Made by a program: the position numbers and the translations under genes. This document shows, one piece after another, positions 27,638 through 36,832 of a stretch of DNA of 64,000 bases (position 1 is its first letter; each line of letters starts with the position of its first letter). The stretch is from a virus (taxonomy: Duplodnaviria; Heunggongvirae; Uroviricota; Caudoviricetes): positions 33,199 through 97,198 of the IMG/VR virus record IMGVR_UViG_3300045919_000425. One strand, 5' to 3'. The notes under the pieces are model-generated. The model saw nothing but the letters and a program-made list of their open reading frames with translations, did not search any database and was not told the origin of the DNA.

Positions 27638-28147
27638 TTAAGAACCGTATCCTGGGGTAGCTATTTTCCCGCCTGGGATTAAGTTTCCTACATAAGTTCC
27701 AAGAACGTCTGATCCAGCGCCGTTAAATCCACTGAATGTTGGCTGAGTTCCGCTTGCAGTTTTCCAGAAATCGACACTATTCATTTGGCATCCACGAAGA
27801 ACGTGTATAACATCTAGCATAAATTTCTCATTAACAGCGCTAAGGGTAGAGCCATTATCTTCAACTGCGCATTCATAACTGAATACGCCATCGGAGAATT
27901 GGCCGGGAGCTACGCTTGGAGTAGTTAACGCTGCTGGCCAAGCAATCCCTGCAACAGTCAAGCCTTTTGCTCGAACAATTACAGTTTGGTTGCCAGTTGC
28001 CCAAGTTGCTGCGGTGTAATCAAGGCGAATACATAAGTTACCGTTAACATCTGAACCTTGGATCATGGAAATCGGAAAAGCATATCCCAAGTGACGAAGA
28101 GTCTGTGGAATATTTTGCAACTGACGTGCTACGTTTGGACGAGTCAT
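27638..28147 (-). CDS. Putative abundant structural protein (169 aa)
   Basis: Followed by a strong terminator; composition is G/T/A-rich. Confidence 0.55.
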   Translation of the reverse strand: MTRPNVARQLQNIPQTLRHLGYAFPISMIQGSDVNGNLCIRLDYTAATWATGNQTVIVRAKGLTVAGIAWPAALTTPSVAPGQFSDGVFSYECAVEDNGSTLSAVNEKFMLDVIHVLRGCQMNSVDFWKTASGTQPTFSGFNGAGSDVLGTYVGNLIPGGKIATPGYGS

Positions 28148-28205
28148 TGTGAAAACCTCATAAGAAAGTAATAAACAGAGTATACAGTTTTGATCTGAAA
28201 TACCT

Positions 28206-28637
28206 TTAACAACCTGCCGAGCTTTGAATCTTTTTTACAGCGTAAGGAACGGAATAACTTAAGGGGCTTCCATTAGAAGTTATAACAAGCTGAACCGAGC
28301 CAGAAATAATGGCAGAGGTGTCTGCTGGGGTTAACTGTACAGAATAGACTGATGAGTCCCTAGAATCTATAATTGCGGCAAATTTGGATATTGTCTGCGC
28401 TCCTGTTCCGCCAGGAGATACGCCAGGAGCGCCTTGATTAATAGATCTTTGCCTAAAGAAATTCAGTTGCACAGTGGAACCTGCAACCGGTAAAAACCTC
28501 CGAACACCTAATGAGTCTGACTGAGTCAGCATAAAATACAAAGTAATTGCCGAGTTGTTCGGGACTTGCCAGCCTTCGGTAAAAGAGAATGAGTTAATAT
28601 TGTAATAATCTAGGGTAGAGAAAGATAAAGTCGCCAT
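28206..28637 (-). CDS. Putative structural protein (143 aa)
   Basis: ORF track; in an operon with the chaperonin. Confidence 0.5.
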   Translation of the reverse strand: MATLSFSTLDYYNINSFSFTEGWQVPNNSAITLYFMLTQSDSLGVRRFLPVAGSTVQLNFFRQRSINQGAPGVSPGGTGAQTISKFAAIIDSRDSSVYSVQLTPADTSAIISGSVQLVITSNGSPLSYSVPYAVKKIQSSAGC

Positions 28638-28951
28638 TAGTTTTCCTCGTTATTGTCTGATTGTTCATTAATAAAGCTAACTATAGACTCAATCTCTAAA
28701 TCTTCAACGTCTTGATCCTCTTCAGTTAGAAAAGATTCATCCATTAACGAAATAGAAAACCAAAGGTCTTCATTAGTTTCCTGCAACCAGGCTAAAATAC
28801 TCTTACCTTCATCCTTTGAGCGTCTTTCTTTTTGCTTTATATGATTCTGTCTTTGGATTTCATAAAGGAGGTAAGTCAAAGCTTCCTCGTGATCCCCGAC
28901 AAAAGAGTCGGGCAATCTTATTCCAGCATTTATGTTAAATAGCTTAGCCAC
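28637..28951 (-). CDS. Acidic protein (104 aa) immediately downstream of the chaperonin
   Basis: D/E-rich C-terminus. The gene starts 4 nt after the chaperonin stop. Confidence 0.5.
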   Translation of the reverse strand: MAKLFNINAGIRLPDSFVGDHEEALTYLLYEIQRQNHIKQKERRSKDEGKSILAWLQETNEDLWFSISLMDESFLTEEDQDVEDLEIESIVSFINEQSDNNEEN

Positions 28952-28954
28952 AGG

Positions 28955-30595
28955 TTAACTTACCCCATTTTCCATGTCTACATACATTTTCGCTCTACGA
29001 ATCTCTTCTAGGTCAGCCTCTAGGCACACCCCTCCAAGATTAGCTACCAGTGCACCGAGTTCGAAAGCATTAGTGATGACTCCTTTGATTGTTTCAAAAG
29101 AATCGGCCACACCAACCTCAAGGAAATTCCTGCCTATCTGAACATCACTGTCAGATACGTAAACAGTTTCGCCGGCATTATGATTAAGGGTGAACGCTTC
29201 CTCTAGCCCATAGTTTGATAGAATCGCATAATGGATAGAGGAAAGTGCGTTCATTATTGGCTGAGACACATTCGCTAATTTGCCTGCACGGATATACGAA
29301 ACTCCGCATCCCGGTAAGGCTCCTGAGCGATTACATGCTTGACCTGCCTTAATAGCATCCTCAGCACGGTCTTTGATTTCTGATAATTCTGAATACAGAG
29401 CGCCTCCTACAGTTAACTTAACAAGACCATTAGTTAAGGAGGCATTCCTTGCATTTGCGAACTCCCGATCCATTTCGCATAATGCTACTTTGGCAGTTTT
29501 GGAGTTTTCTCTTGCTCTCTCTTTAATGCGGTTTCCATTGGATTTCCCATTCATGAATGATTTAAAGGGTTGAATACGTACACTACCGATCATGCCTAAT
29601 TTATCTGCCTTAATATTTCCTACTGTTCCACCATCATAAATCATAGAACCAGAAAATGCGGCAATATCCTTTAGTTGTTCTACTGAGCCATTAACCTCCA
29701 AAGTGTTTGTTGTTTGAACCATTGCTATTTTTACTTTTACATTTTCTTCCCATTTTCTATTCATCATTGCAACTTCTTGTGCTACTCCTGTTGCAATCTG
29801 ATGAGCAACAATCAAAACAGAGAAATTACCTTGGCCTTGATTAATCTGGTTAAACAAATTATTCATAATGGTTGAGATCTGGGAGATGTTTACGATATCT
29901 CCATTAAACGGAATAACATGCGGCGAAGATACGATCAAGTCTTGATTTGGGTTTAATCCTGGGTTAATTGATTGCGCTAACATATCAGAAAAAGCGTATC
30001 CTCTTCCACACTCATAGCCAAAATCCTTGTCAATTTTATATCTCTCTACTTGAGTAGGTGAGGAAATTACCATGATCGAACCATAAGCTGATGTGTTTCC
30101 AATTGCTTCAGAAACATAAGAAGCCATTTCTTTATCGTGATTTGTTGATGTAAGAATTACTGACTCTGTTGCTTCTTTACTGATGACAGCTTCTTTCTCA
30201 ATTGCTGCGATTGCTGCCTGAACTTCTTTCCTAAAGGAACGGATAGCTGATTGTGGGTTTTGGTTCTTTGACTCTGCTATCTCATGAGCGAAAACTGAGG
30301 CTTTTTTGATTGTTGAGGTAGTTCCGTCACCAGAAGCTACCACTGACTTACCTGCTGATTGCTTGCAGAGAGCTAAAATACCTTCCTCTACTGGATCAGG
30401 GAATGCTAAAGAATGTAAGCAGTTCAAACCATCCTTCGTGACTGAGACCGGAACCTTATCACCATTTTCTCTTTTTGACATTAATATTGGTCGGCCTGCT
30501 GGTCCTAATGTTCCGGCGATGAAGTTGGCAATTAGATTTAATGCTTGTACGGATTCTTTTCTTGCTTCTTTACCTAATAATATTCTTTTAGCCAT
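28955..30595 (-). CDS. GroEL-like chaperonin (Cpn60), phage-encoded
   Basis: The N-terminus AKRILLGKEAR...TLGPAGRPIL...VTKDG...ASGDGTTST matches the GroEL equatorial-domain signature. Length is 546 aa. An AAGGAGAA RBS precedes it. Confidence 0.85.
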   Translation of the reverse strand: MAKRILLGKEARKESVQALNLIANFIAGTLGPAGRPILMSKRENGDKVPVSVTKDGLNCLHSLAFPDPVEEGILALCKQSAGKSVVASGDGTTSTIKKASVFAHEIAESKNQNPQSAIRSFRKEVQAAIAAIEKEAVISKEATESVILTSTNHDKEMASYVSEAIGNTSAYGSIMVISSPTQVERYKIDKDFGYECGRGYAFSDMLAQSINPGLNPNQDLIVSSPHVIPFNGDIVNISQISTIMNNLFNQINQGQGNFSVLIVAHQIATGVAQEVAMMNRKWEENVKVKIAMVQTTNTLEVNGSVEQLKDIAAFSGSMIYDGGTVGNIKADKLGMIGSVRIQPFKSFMNGKSNGNRIKERARENSKTAKVALCEMDREFANARNASLTNGLVKLTVGGALYSELSEIKDRAEDAIKAGQACNRSGALPGCGVSYIRAGKLANVSQPIMNALSSIHYAILSNYGLEEAFTLNHNAGETVYVSDSDVQIGRNFLEVGVADSFETIKGVITNAFELGALVANLGGVCLEADLEEIRRAKMYVDMENGVS

Positions 30596-30605
30596 CTAAT
30601 TCTCC

Positions 30606-31310
30606 TTAGTTATGCTTCGCTTCTAATGTGAATGAATAATCTTCTTTTCTTAACTGTGAGCTACCTATTGAATCATAAGAGGATCGTAACATTGTTGTTA
30701 GGGATGATTCGAAACTATCAAGGTCAACATTAGCCTCATTAATAGCGTAATCTCTGATTGTTTTCATTTCTGCTGAGATCTTAGCTCTCTCCCACGCAAC
30801 AAGACACACCTTATATGAATCTAAGGACATGTGATTCTTTTGATACCCTCGTCCTGTGGCAGTACTTTCTGCTAAAATATTCTTGAACGATCCAAACCAC
30901 CAAGAAAGAGGGGTTTTATCGCAAGAAATGTAAGTTGATGAAATTCTGAATAAATGGAATGCCACGGACATCTCTGCGATATTGAGATAATCCTCATCTG
31001 GATTTATTTTACGCATCCCGGCAATAAGATCGACTCCTGTTTGTTGGGATTCGGTAAATATTGTACGGTAGTTTACTTGATCCATTCTTTTACGTAATAA
31101 GTCTATCTCTGTTTGAATGAGTGAAAGTTCTGTCTCGGAAGCTTCGGAGTATTTCTTAGTAAACTTTTCGTACTCTTTTAATTGAGAAAAAGCTAAACCT
31201 AACTGATGTCTGGAAGTCTTTTTATAGATATGAGACTTCTTTTTATCTGCCTTAATACGTTCTACCACGTAATCCCCTTTGCTGTGAAACTCATATGAGT
31301 AAACTAACAA
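30606..31310 (-). CDS. Hypothetical protein (234 aa)
   Basis: ORF track. No ThyX RHR motif was found. Confidence 0.5.
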   Translation of the reverse strand: MLVYSYEFHSKGDYVVERIKADKKKSHIYKKTSRHQLGLAFSQLKEYEKFTKKYSEASETELSLIQTEIDLLRKRMDQVNYRTIFTESQQTGVDLIAGMRKINPDEDYLNIAEMSVAFHLFRISSTYISCDKTPLSWWFGSFKNILAESTATGRGYQKNHMSLDSYKVCLVAWERAKISAEMKTIRDYAINEANVDLDSFESSLTTMLRSSYDSIGSSQLRKEDYSFTLEAKHN

Positions 31311-31323
31311 AAAGAATTGAGCA

Positions 31324-31352
31324 GGTCAAATCATATTTACCTGTGGTATATT
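31324..31352 (+). promoter_or_regulatory. Candidate extended -10 promoter (TGgTATATT) upstream of tRNA-Pro
   Basis: The TG-N-TATATT element ends at 31352. Confidence 0.3.
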
Positions 31353-31467
31353 ATTTTCATATCCCACTGAGGATTTAGCGGATACGTTCTGCAAAATAAT
31401 GGAGCTTCACTTCCATAAAGGTGACATGCTCATGAGAGCTGGCAATCTGGAAAGACGGATACAATAT

Positions 31468-31543
31468 CAGAGGGTAGCGCAGTTGGTAGCGTACTAGCCT
31501 TGGAAGCTAGTGGTCGCTGGTTCGAGTCCAGCTCCTCTGACCA
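31468..31543 (+). tRNA. tRNA-Pro (anticodon UGG), CCA-encoded
   Basis: A manually folded cloverleaf: 7-bp acceptor stem (C1:G72), D arm GCGC/AGTTGGTA/GCGT, anticodon arm CTAGC/CTTGGAA/GCTAG, T arm GCTGG/TTCGAGT/CCAGC, then ACCA. Confidence 0.85.
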
Positions 31544-31615
31544 TTTGAATATTAGCACATCAGTATAACTGCCACTTCATACGTTAAATGTCCAATTCCT
31601 TCATATCTGACTAAT

Positions 31616-32374
31616 TTATTTCTTAGTCGGTAGATTAATCATTAAGTTAGAATTAGATCCTGTAACTTGAGGTAAAACTCCATTCCATTTCTTCACTGTC
31701 TCAATTTCAATTATTCTCGGATTATCCGAAATAGCTTTACCTAGAATTTCCGCTGCTTTTGCCTCTGCTTCTGCACGAATTATTTTAGTCTGAGCATCTA
31801 TCTTTGCCTGCTCTTGATTGAATTTTGCCTTTTCTGCTTCTTGCTCTTGAACCATTTTAGATTCGATGGCTTTTTCAAGAGAGGCGGATAGATCTATATT
31901 CTCAATCACCACGTCATCTAATACGACCATACCGTTTAGCTTAGAGCGAGATATTTCTATAATCTTTTGTTTCATGTCTCCTCTTTGTTTAACGATATTT
32001 TCTGCTGTTTTTGCTGAAGAAACTTCTTTAAGTGTTTCTTCGATTCTAGGGATTACAAACTCATCTACAACATCACCTTTGTACTTGATTAAAACATCTT
32101 TAACTGCTGAATCTGGAACGTTAAACTGGAAACGAATCTTAGCTTTTACTGGTTGAAGATCTGATGAGTACATTTCTACGTTCTTTTCTACCGACTGAAC
32201 TGCTGTGGATACTCTGAGAATGTCCGTACTGATTGGGTTGTAAAAGTACAAACCTTCTTTGTAAACGATATCATTTACTTTACCAAATCTGGATTCCATA
32301 TGTCTTTCCATTGGTGCGTTTTTAGTGCAAGCAACTAATGTGAGTAACGATAACGCTGAAATAATCTTTTTCAT
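31616..32374 (-). CDS. SPFH/Band-7 (prohibitin-like) lipoprotein
   Basis: Lipobox signal MKKIISALSLLTLVAC. The SPFH core is followed by an EQEAEKAKF...AEAEAKAAE coiled-coil tail. Confidence 0.65.
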   Translation of the reverse strand: MKKIISALSLLTLVACTKNAPMERHMESRFGKVNDIVYKEGLYFYNPISTDILRVSTAVQSVEKNVEMYSSDLQPVKAKIRFQFNVPDSAVKDVLIKYKGDVVDEFVIPRIEETLKEVSSAKTAENIVKQRGDMKQKIIEISRSKLNGMVVLDDVVIENIDLSASLEKAIESKMVQEQEAEKAKFNQEQAKIDAQTKIIRAEAEAKAAEILGKAISDNPRIIEIETVKKWNGVLPQVTGSNSNLMINLPTKK

Positions 32375-32980
32375 AAATTCCCCTTATTTACGTAAAGTAC
32401 GCTTTATTCCATCTTTAAAGTACAAGTTAAGCACTAAAGGACAACACCAAATAGACGTGTGCGTGGTTTTAGTTAAAAACCCATCCTGAACATATTTCAT
32501 ACTGATTACTGTAAAAACACATAATTATCCAATCTATTGAACCCATTAAGGTGTTATGATTGTAATTCCTCTCAATAAAATTATTAGTAGGGTTACGAGA
32601 AAAAACACTGATTTCTTCGTCACTATAAATCTCTACAGCTTCCTCTTCCTCTACATGGAACATTATCTTAACCTCGGATTTCTTAGCACCTTCTTTACTC
32701 CGTCTTTAAAGTGAAGAACTAATTCTAGCTTAATGTAACCACCGACGTTACCTGTTGCACTTGTTTCATTAAGCTTATCATAGTAATACCCTGCGGATAT
32801 ACGTACGAACCATCAGAAAGAAATGCTTCAATTATATTGTCTATGTTGTATGAAAAAACTATCAGAGGGCTTTTCTTCATAATAGTCATTCTCAGGTACG
32901 AAGCTTTTAATGTAATAATCCTTAGTATCAAATACTAACACTTCTTCCACTGTCATGAACCATAACCCCATAACAACCTC

Positions 32981-34054
32981 CTAAGGCCAAGGGATATACC
33001 ACAGCCATTTCCTTAGTTCTTTTACCATTCCATCCAACTGCAATACTTCATCCTGAATTGATACATTAAATCCTGAATGTTTCTCTAGCATTGAGCCAAA
33101 ATCTTCTCCTTGAGCGAATGGAACGACACGCTTAAATGAGACACCATAGCAATCACATAGCTTTGCGGCATCTTTTGATCCCTTTTCACCCGCTTCATCC
33201 GTGTCATATCCAATATGAAGAGGTTTACCGTTGGCGGCAGAATAAGAAATTGCTATCTCTACCTGCGCCCTACTTGGGGATGCTCCCATTGTGCAGATAC
33301 CATAAAATCCGAACCATGCTGCTGCGATTGCGTCAAACGGACCTTCAACTAGACACACGGGATCTTCGGATTTTCCGAACATAATAACGCCCTTTGTTTT
33401 CTGAGCGCCGCCCTCTGTTTTACACTTCATGCTTATCTCTTTACCGTTCTTATCTTTAAATACTCGAGGAGTTAAATACCTCTTCTGGAATCCCACTAAG
33501 GTTTCATTGGCGGAGTAAATAGGAAACACAACTGCATCGCATGTTGGATCTATAAATACTTCATCTTGAAGGTGCCCAATAACTCCTCGTCTTATTGCGT
33601 ACTTAGCGGAGGCATCCATTTGCGAGTCCGAAACCTTCCTATAATGTGGCGGCATATCCCATGCCTTTGCATTACTAACGGGATCAGCCGCACGGTACTC
33701 TATTCGGTTCAAATCATCAAGAAATTCATCGAACATCTCAGAAAGTGCCGAAGCACTAACACCAAGTTCAACATTCTTTGTATTAAGCCCTAATGCTTCC
33801 TTAACTTCATCCTTATCGGCGTAATTAAGGAGATAGTTATAAGAATTTGCCCTATGGCCACATACCCAGCAATTACCTATCGTCCGGGAGCCATTCGGAT
33901 CTTTCGCACTTTTTGTTGGCCTAAACATCCATAGCTTGTAATTAGAATTTCCACAAGAATGGCAATCTTTTAGAACTATTGATTTGCCATTCTTCGTGTG
34001 AGCTACTCCGAATTTCTCTAATGCGTCTTCAAACAGTGACCCTGAGTAATCCAT
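32981..34054 (-). CDS. DnaG-type DNA primase (zinc finger plus TOPRIM)
   Basis: CHC2-like CHSCG...CWVCGH. TOPRIM motifs VCLVEGPFD and IGYDTDEAGEKG. Confidence 0.7.
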   Translation of the reverse strand: MDYSGSLFEDALEKFGVAHTKNGKSIVLKDCHSCGNSNYKLWMFRPTKSAKDPNGSRTIGNCWVCGHRANSYNYLLNYADKDEVKEALGLNTKNVELGVSASALSEMFDEFLDDLNRIEYRAADPVSNAKAWDMPPHYRKVSDSQMDASAKYAIRRGVIGHLQDEVFIDPTCDAVVFPIYSANETLVGFQKRYLTPRVFKDKNGKEISMKCKTEGGAQKTKGVIMFGKSEDPVCLVEGPFDAIAAAWFGFYGICTMGASPSRAQVEIAISYSAANGKPLHIGYDTDEAGEKGSKDAAKLCDCYGVSFKRVVPFAQGEDFGSMLEKHSGFNVSIQDEVLQLDGMVKELRKWLWYIPWP

Positions 34055-34061
34055 AAGTACC

Positions 34062-34766
34062 TCACGATTTCATCAAAAATGATTTTTCTAACTTAGAGCA
34101 GAAGTCCTTATCAGTTAAAACATATGGCAAATCAAACCGATTCTTCGCTGTGAATGCTATGGACTCCTTACAGAAAACAACAGATTCTCCTTCTGTCATT
34201 GAAGTCCTTTCATGAGGGTTAAACAGATTACTGTTAGCTATGAAAAATATTCCATCTAATGAAGACTCTAAAACAGGCAAGCTTGTTTTATTTATCCTTG
34301 ACTTAAACTTTGTATATGAAACACCAAAAGGATTAGCAAAATCAACTGATTCACACGAACCTGTAAAAATGATGTTTTTACCTGAATCTGTGATTTGAGT
34401 AAAAATACCACGAATAAGATCTTCCCATGCTTCTTTTGCTCTATTGTATCCTTTATTGTACCCTCCCATATATTCTTCTATGCTTTTGATACCATCTTGG
34501 GATTTTATTAACTGTTTGAAGATTAATGATTCGAGAGAGTCACATGAATCAACTACAAGTGTTTTGTATAAACCTTGCACAAGAAATGACTTACATTCTT
34601 TATAGAACTGCTCAAAGGAATTTACCTTTTCTGATTTTTCAATTCCCTTAATATGCTCTAATCCTCCGTCTAAGTCTAGGAAGCATGCTGACTCGGCGAA
34701 TGTTGCTAGTGTAGACTTTCCTACTCCGGTTGGACCATAAAATAAAGCCTTATATCCTTTTGTCAT
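34062..34766 (-). CDS. AAA_24 / Sak4-like RecA-fold ATPase
   Basis: Walker A ALFYGPTGVGKST and an IDLDGG-like FLDLDGG motif; 234 aa. Confidence 0.55.
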   Translation of the reverse strand: MTKGYKALFYGPTGVGKSTLATFAESACFLDLDGGLEHIKGIEKSEKVNSFEQFYKECKSFLVQGLYKTLVVDSCDSLESLIFKQLIKSQDGIKSIEEYMGGYNKGYNRAKEAWEDLIRGIFTQITDSGKNIIFTGSCESVDFANPFGVSYTKFKSRINKTSLPVLESSLDGIFFIANSNLFNPHERTSMTEGESVVFCKESIAFTAKNRFDLPYVLTDKDFCSKLEKSFLMKS

Positions 34767-34816
34767 AAACCCTCCTTATTGGTTCTTGATTAAGTTAGCA
34801 CAGAATTAACTGCGTG

Positions 34817-35161
34817 TCAATCATCATGAGGAGAAAAATCAACCTCAACAATTTTTCGGGGCTTTCTGAAATTTGCACGTATCACTTTTTTAGACTCCTT
34901 CTCGTTAATTAATTTCTGCCACTCTTTCTTGTTTTTCCATTCTACAGCAATAGAAACTCTGTGCTTTTCTCCGCATCCGTGCTCTGGTGTCAATAACCCT
35001 CTCCAATTACCAATAGCAAACGGGACTGTCGTATTCACCTCACGTTCACACCCGGCGCAAATCAGGCTCCTCACTTCTAGCCCGTAAGTAGAAGCCCACT
35101 TTTCTGTTTCTACTTGAGGGTAGAGGGCTGTCAGTGTGCTTATCTTTGTGTCGTTCATCAA
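34817..35161 (-). CDS. Cys-containing hypothetical protein (114 aa)
   Basis: CAGCERE ... EHGCGEKH. Confidence 0.5.
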   Translation of the reverse strand: MMNDTKISTLTALYPQVETEKWASTYGLEVRSLICAGCEREVNTTVPFAIGNWRGLLTPEHGCGEKHRVSIAVEWKNKKEWQKLINEKESKKVIRANFRKPRKIVEVDFSPHDD

Positions 35162-35166
35162 ATCTC

Positions 35167-35634
35167 CTACTTTTTTGGAAGTTCCTTAGAAAAATCTTCA
35201 ACTAATTTCCAATACTGAGCTTCGTCTGAAAAATAAACAAGATTAGCTGTCATAATCCCTGTTTCTTGATGGCGTAAACCCCACGCACAGTGTCCTATTT
35301 CATGCAATATTAATGCTTTTTTATGGTTTTGATCATGTGTACCCCAATATTCCTTGCTAATGGTAATATGGTTCCCTGTATCCGTCTGTCCAATATTCCA
35401 CTGAGTATCCTTATCAGCGCTCTGACAAAGTCCGATCAAACCAGTGGGCAGCTCTCCAAAAACATAAGAATCTATATTCATAACACGAGAAGTATCGACA
35501 TTAAAGTAACTCAAGTCCTTTAATCCTTCATCCATAACTTCTTTAATTTCAATATCCTTTCTACTGTCTCCTCTGTTGGCTCCGCATGAATTAAGTAACG
35601 GAGCTAATATTAATACCATTAGTAAAATCTTCAT
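35167..35634 (-). CDS. Secreted lipoprotein zinc metalloprotease, minimal metzincin (snapalysin-sized)
   Basis: Signal with lipobox LLNSCG. HEIGHCAWGLRH fits HExxHxxGxxH, with a downstream GIM as a possible Met-turn. 155 aa. Confidence 0.6.
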   Translation of the reverse strand: MKILLMVLILAPLLNSCGANRGDSRKDIEIKEVMDEGLKDLSYFNVDTSRVMNIDSYVFGELPTGLIGLCQSADKDTQWNIGQTDTGNHITISKEYWGTHDQNHKKALILHEIGHCAWGLRHQETGIMTANLVYFSDEAQYWKLVEDFSKELPKK

Positions 35635-35635
35635 C

Positions 35636-36628
35636 TCATTCCTCGTAAATTATCTTATCAAAAGAAACCACTCCTTTTGAGTACATCGTAGGTCTTTGTG
35701 CGAAAAAGTCCTGTTGTTCTGTTCCAAAAACCATCATATCGAAGAAATCTAATTCTTTCAAGGCTACTTTGTCAAGATTTTTCCAGTTAGATTTTAAGCC
35801 TAATTCATGTAACTTTAAATTAGCTCTATATCGTATAAAATTTTTCATCCCAGATTCGGAGATCCCATGAACAGCGCCTAATTTAAATGCCTGCTCAATC
35901 GTCTTATCTTCGATTGTAATTGTATCTCTTGCTGCCTGATAAATAGTCTTCTTAAAATCATCCGTCCAGATATGCGGATTTTCCTCGATTAGCTTTCTAA
36001 ATAGCCAACAACCAGCCCGAGAGTGTAATTCCTCGTCCTTACTTGAAAAGCTGATGATCTGTCCAACCCCTTTCATCAGATTAAATCTACTAAAATTCAG
36101 CAAAATTGCGAAAGAAGAGAAAAGCATTACTCCTTCCCCGAAGGCTGAAAATATCGCTAAACTTCTGGCTATTTCTTCTAAGGACTCTCCCTTCACATCA
36201 ACCAGCGAATCTATCTTTATTTTTACTGTAGGATCGGTAAGAAATACTTCATACTCTTCTAAGCCTAGGGACTCGTTCAGGTATGCGTACGATTTCGTAT
36301 GAATAGCCTCCATAGCTCCGAACGTGTTTGCCATCATGGCGATTTCAGGGTGAGGGAACCACTTATTCACATTCTGAGTCCAATAATCCGCTACTAATTG
36401 TTCTACAGTTACAAATCCCTTAAGAATGTGGCCTATGGTGTGTCGTGCCTCTGGTGAAAGATTATTTTTGAAATCTTCAATATCTGAAGCCATAGGAATC
36501 TCCGACCACAGCCAGTGTGCTTGACATTGCTTCACAAAGAAGTCATGCGCTTCAGGATAGTAAAGTGGGGCGTACGAAAGCCTCTTCTTTAGGATGTTGC
36601 TCATATTACTCTCCAATATTAATTGCAT
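35636..36628 (-). CDS. nrdB: Ribonucleotide reductase class I beta subunit
   Basis: Di-iron ligand motifs EAIHTKSY and ...SKDEELH. Typical R2 length of 330 aa. Confidence 0.8.
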   Translation of the reverse strand: MQLILESNMSNILKKRLSYAPLYYPEAHDFFVKQCQAHWLWSEIPMASDIEDFKNNLSPEARHTIGHILKGFVTVEQLVADYWTQNVNKWFPHPEIAMMANTFGAMEAIHTKSYAYLNESLGLEEYEVFLTDPTVKIKIDSLVDVKGESLEEIARSLAIFSAFGEGVMLFSSFAILLNFSRFNLMKGVGQIISFSSKDEELHSRAGCWLFRKLIEENPHIWTDDFKKTIYQAARDTITIEDKTIEQAFKLGAVHGISESGMKNFIRYRANLKLHELGLKSNWKNLDKVALKELDFFDMMVFGTEQQDFFAQRPTMYSKGVVSFDKIIYEE

Positions 36629-36812
36629 TTAAGGCACTCTGAATACGCATGTACGCATTTTTATCAAAATCCGTTTCTTTGTGCGTAGACCTAAGTTCCT
36701 TTACCTGCATTCTTATTTCCTTCAGCTTTTTTTTCGTTTTTCCTGAAGCTTTGCAAATAAGAGAGTCTAGTGTTGTGGTTAGCTCTCCGTACATGACTGA
36801 TAAATACTGCAT
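36606..36812 (-). CDS. Small hypothetical protein (68 aa)
   Basis: ORF track; overlaps the nrdB start. Confidence 0.35.
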   Translation of the reverse strand: MQYLSVMYGELTTTLDSLICKASGKTKKKLKEIRMQVKELRSTHKETDFDKNAYMRIQSALNAINIGE

Positions 36813-36832
36813 AATTACTCCTTCTGGCGATA

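Noticed and set aside
30606-31310. Possible flavin-dependent thymidylate synthase (ThyX) given the nucleotide-metabolism context
   Set aside because: The diagnostic RHRxxSxxxxSxR motif was not found. It is left as hypothetical.
31353-31467. Second tRNA or small RNA in the tRNA-Pro leader
   Set aside because: No cloverleaf could be folded, and the T-loop consensus GTTCRANYC is absent.
33136-33793. Plus-strand ORFs (82 and 75 aa) inside the primase gene
   Set aside because: They are antisense to a gene with clear zinc-finger and TOPRIM motifs. They are shadow ORFs.
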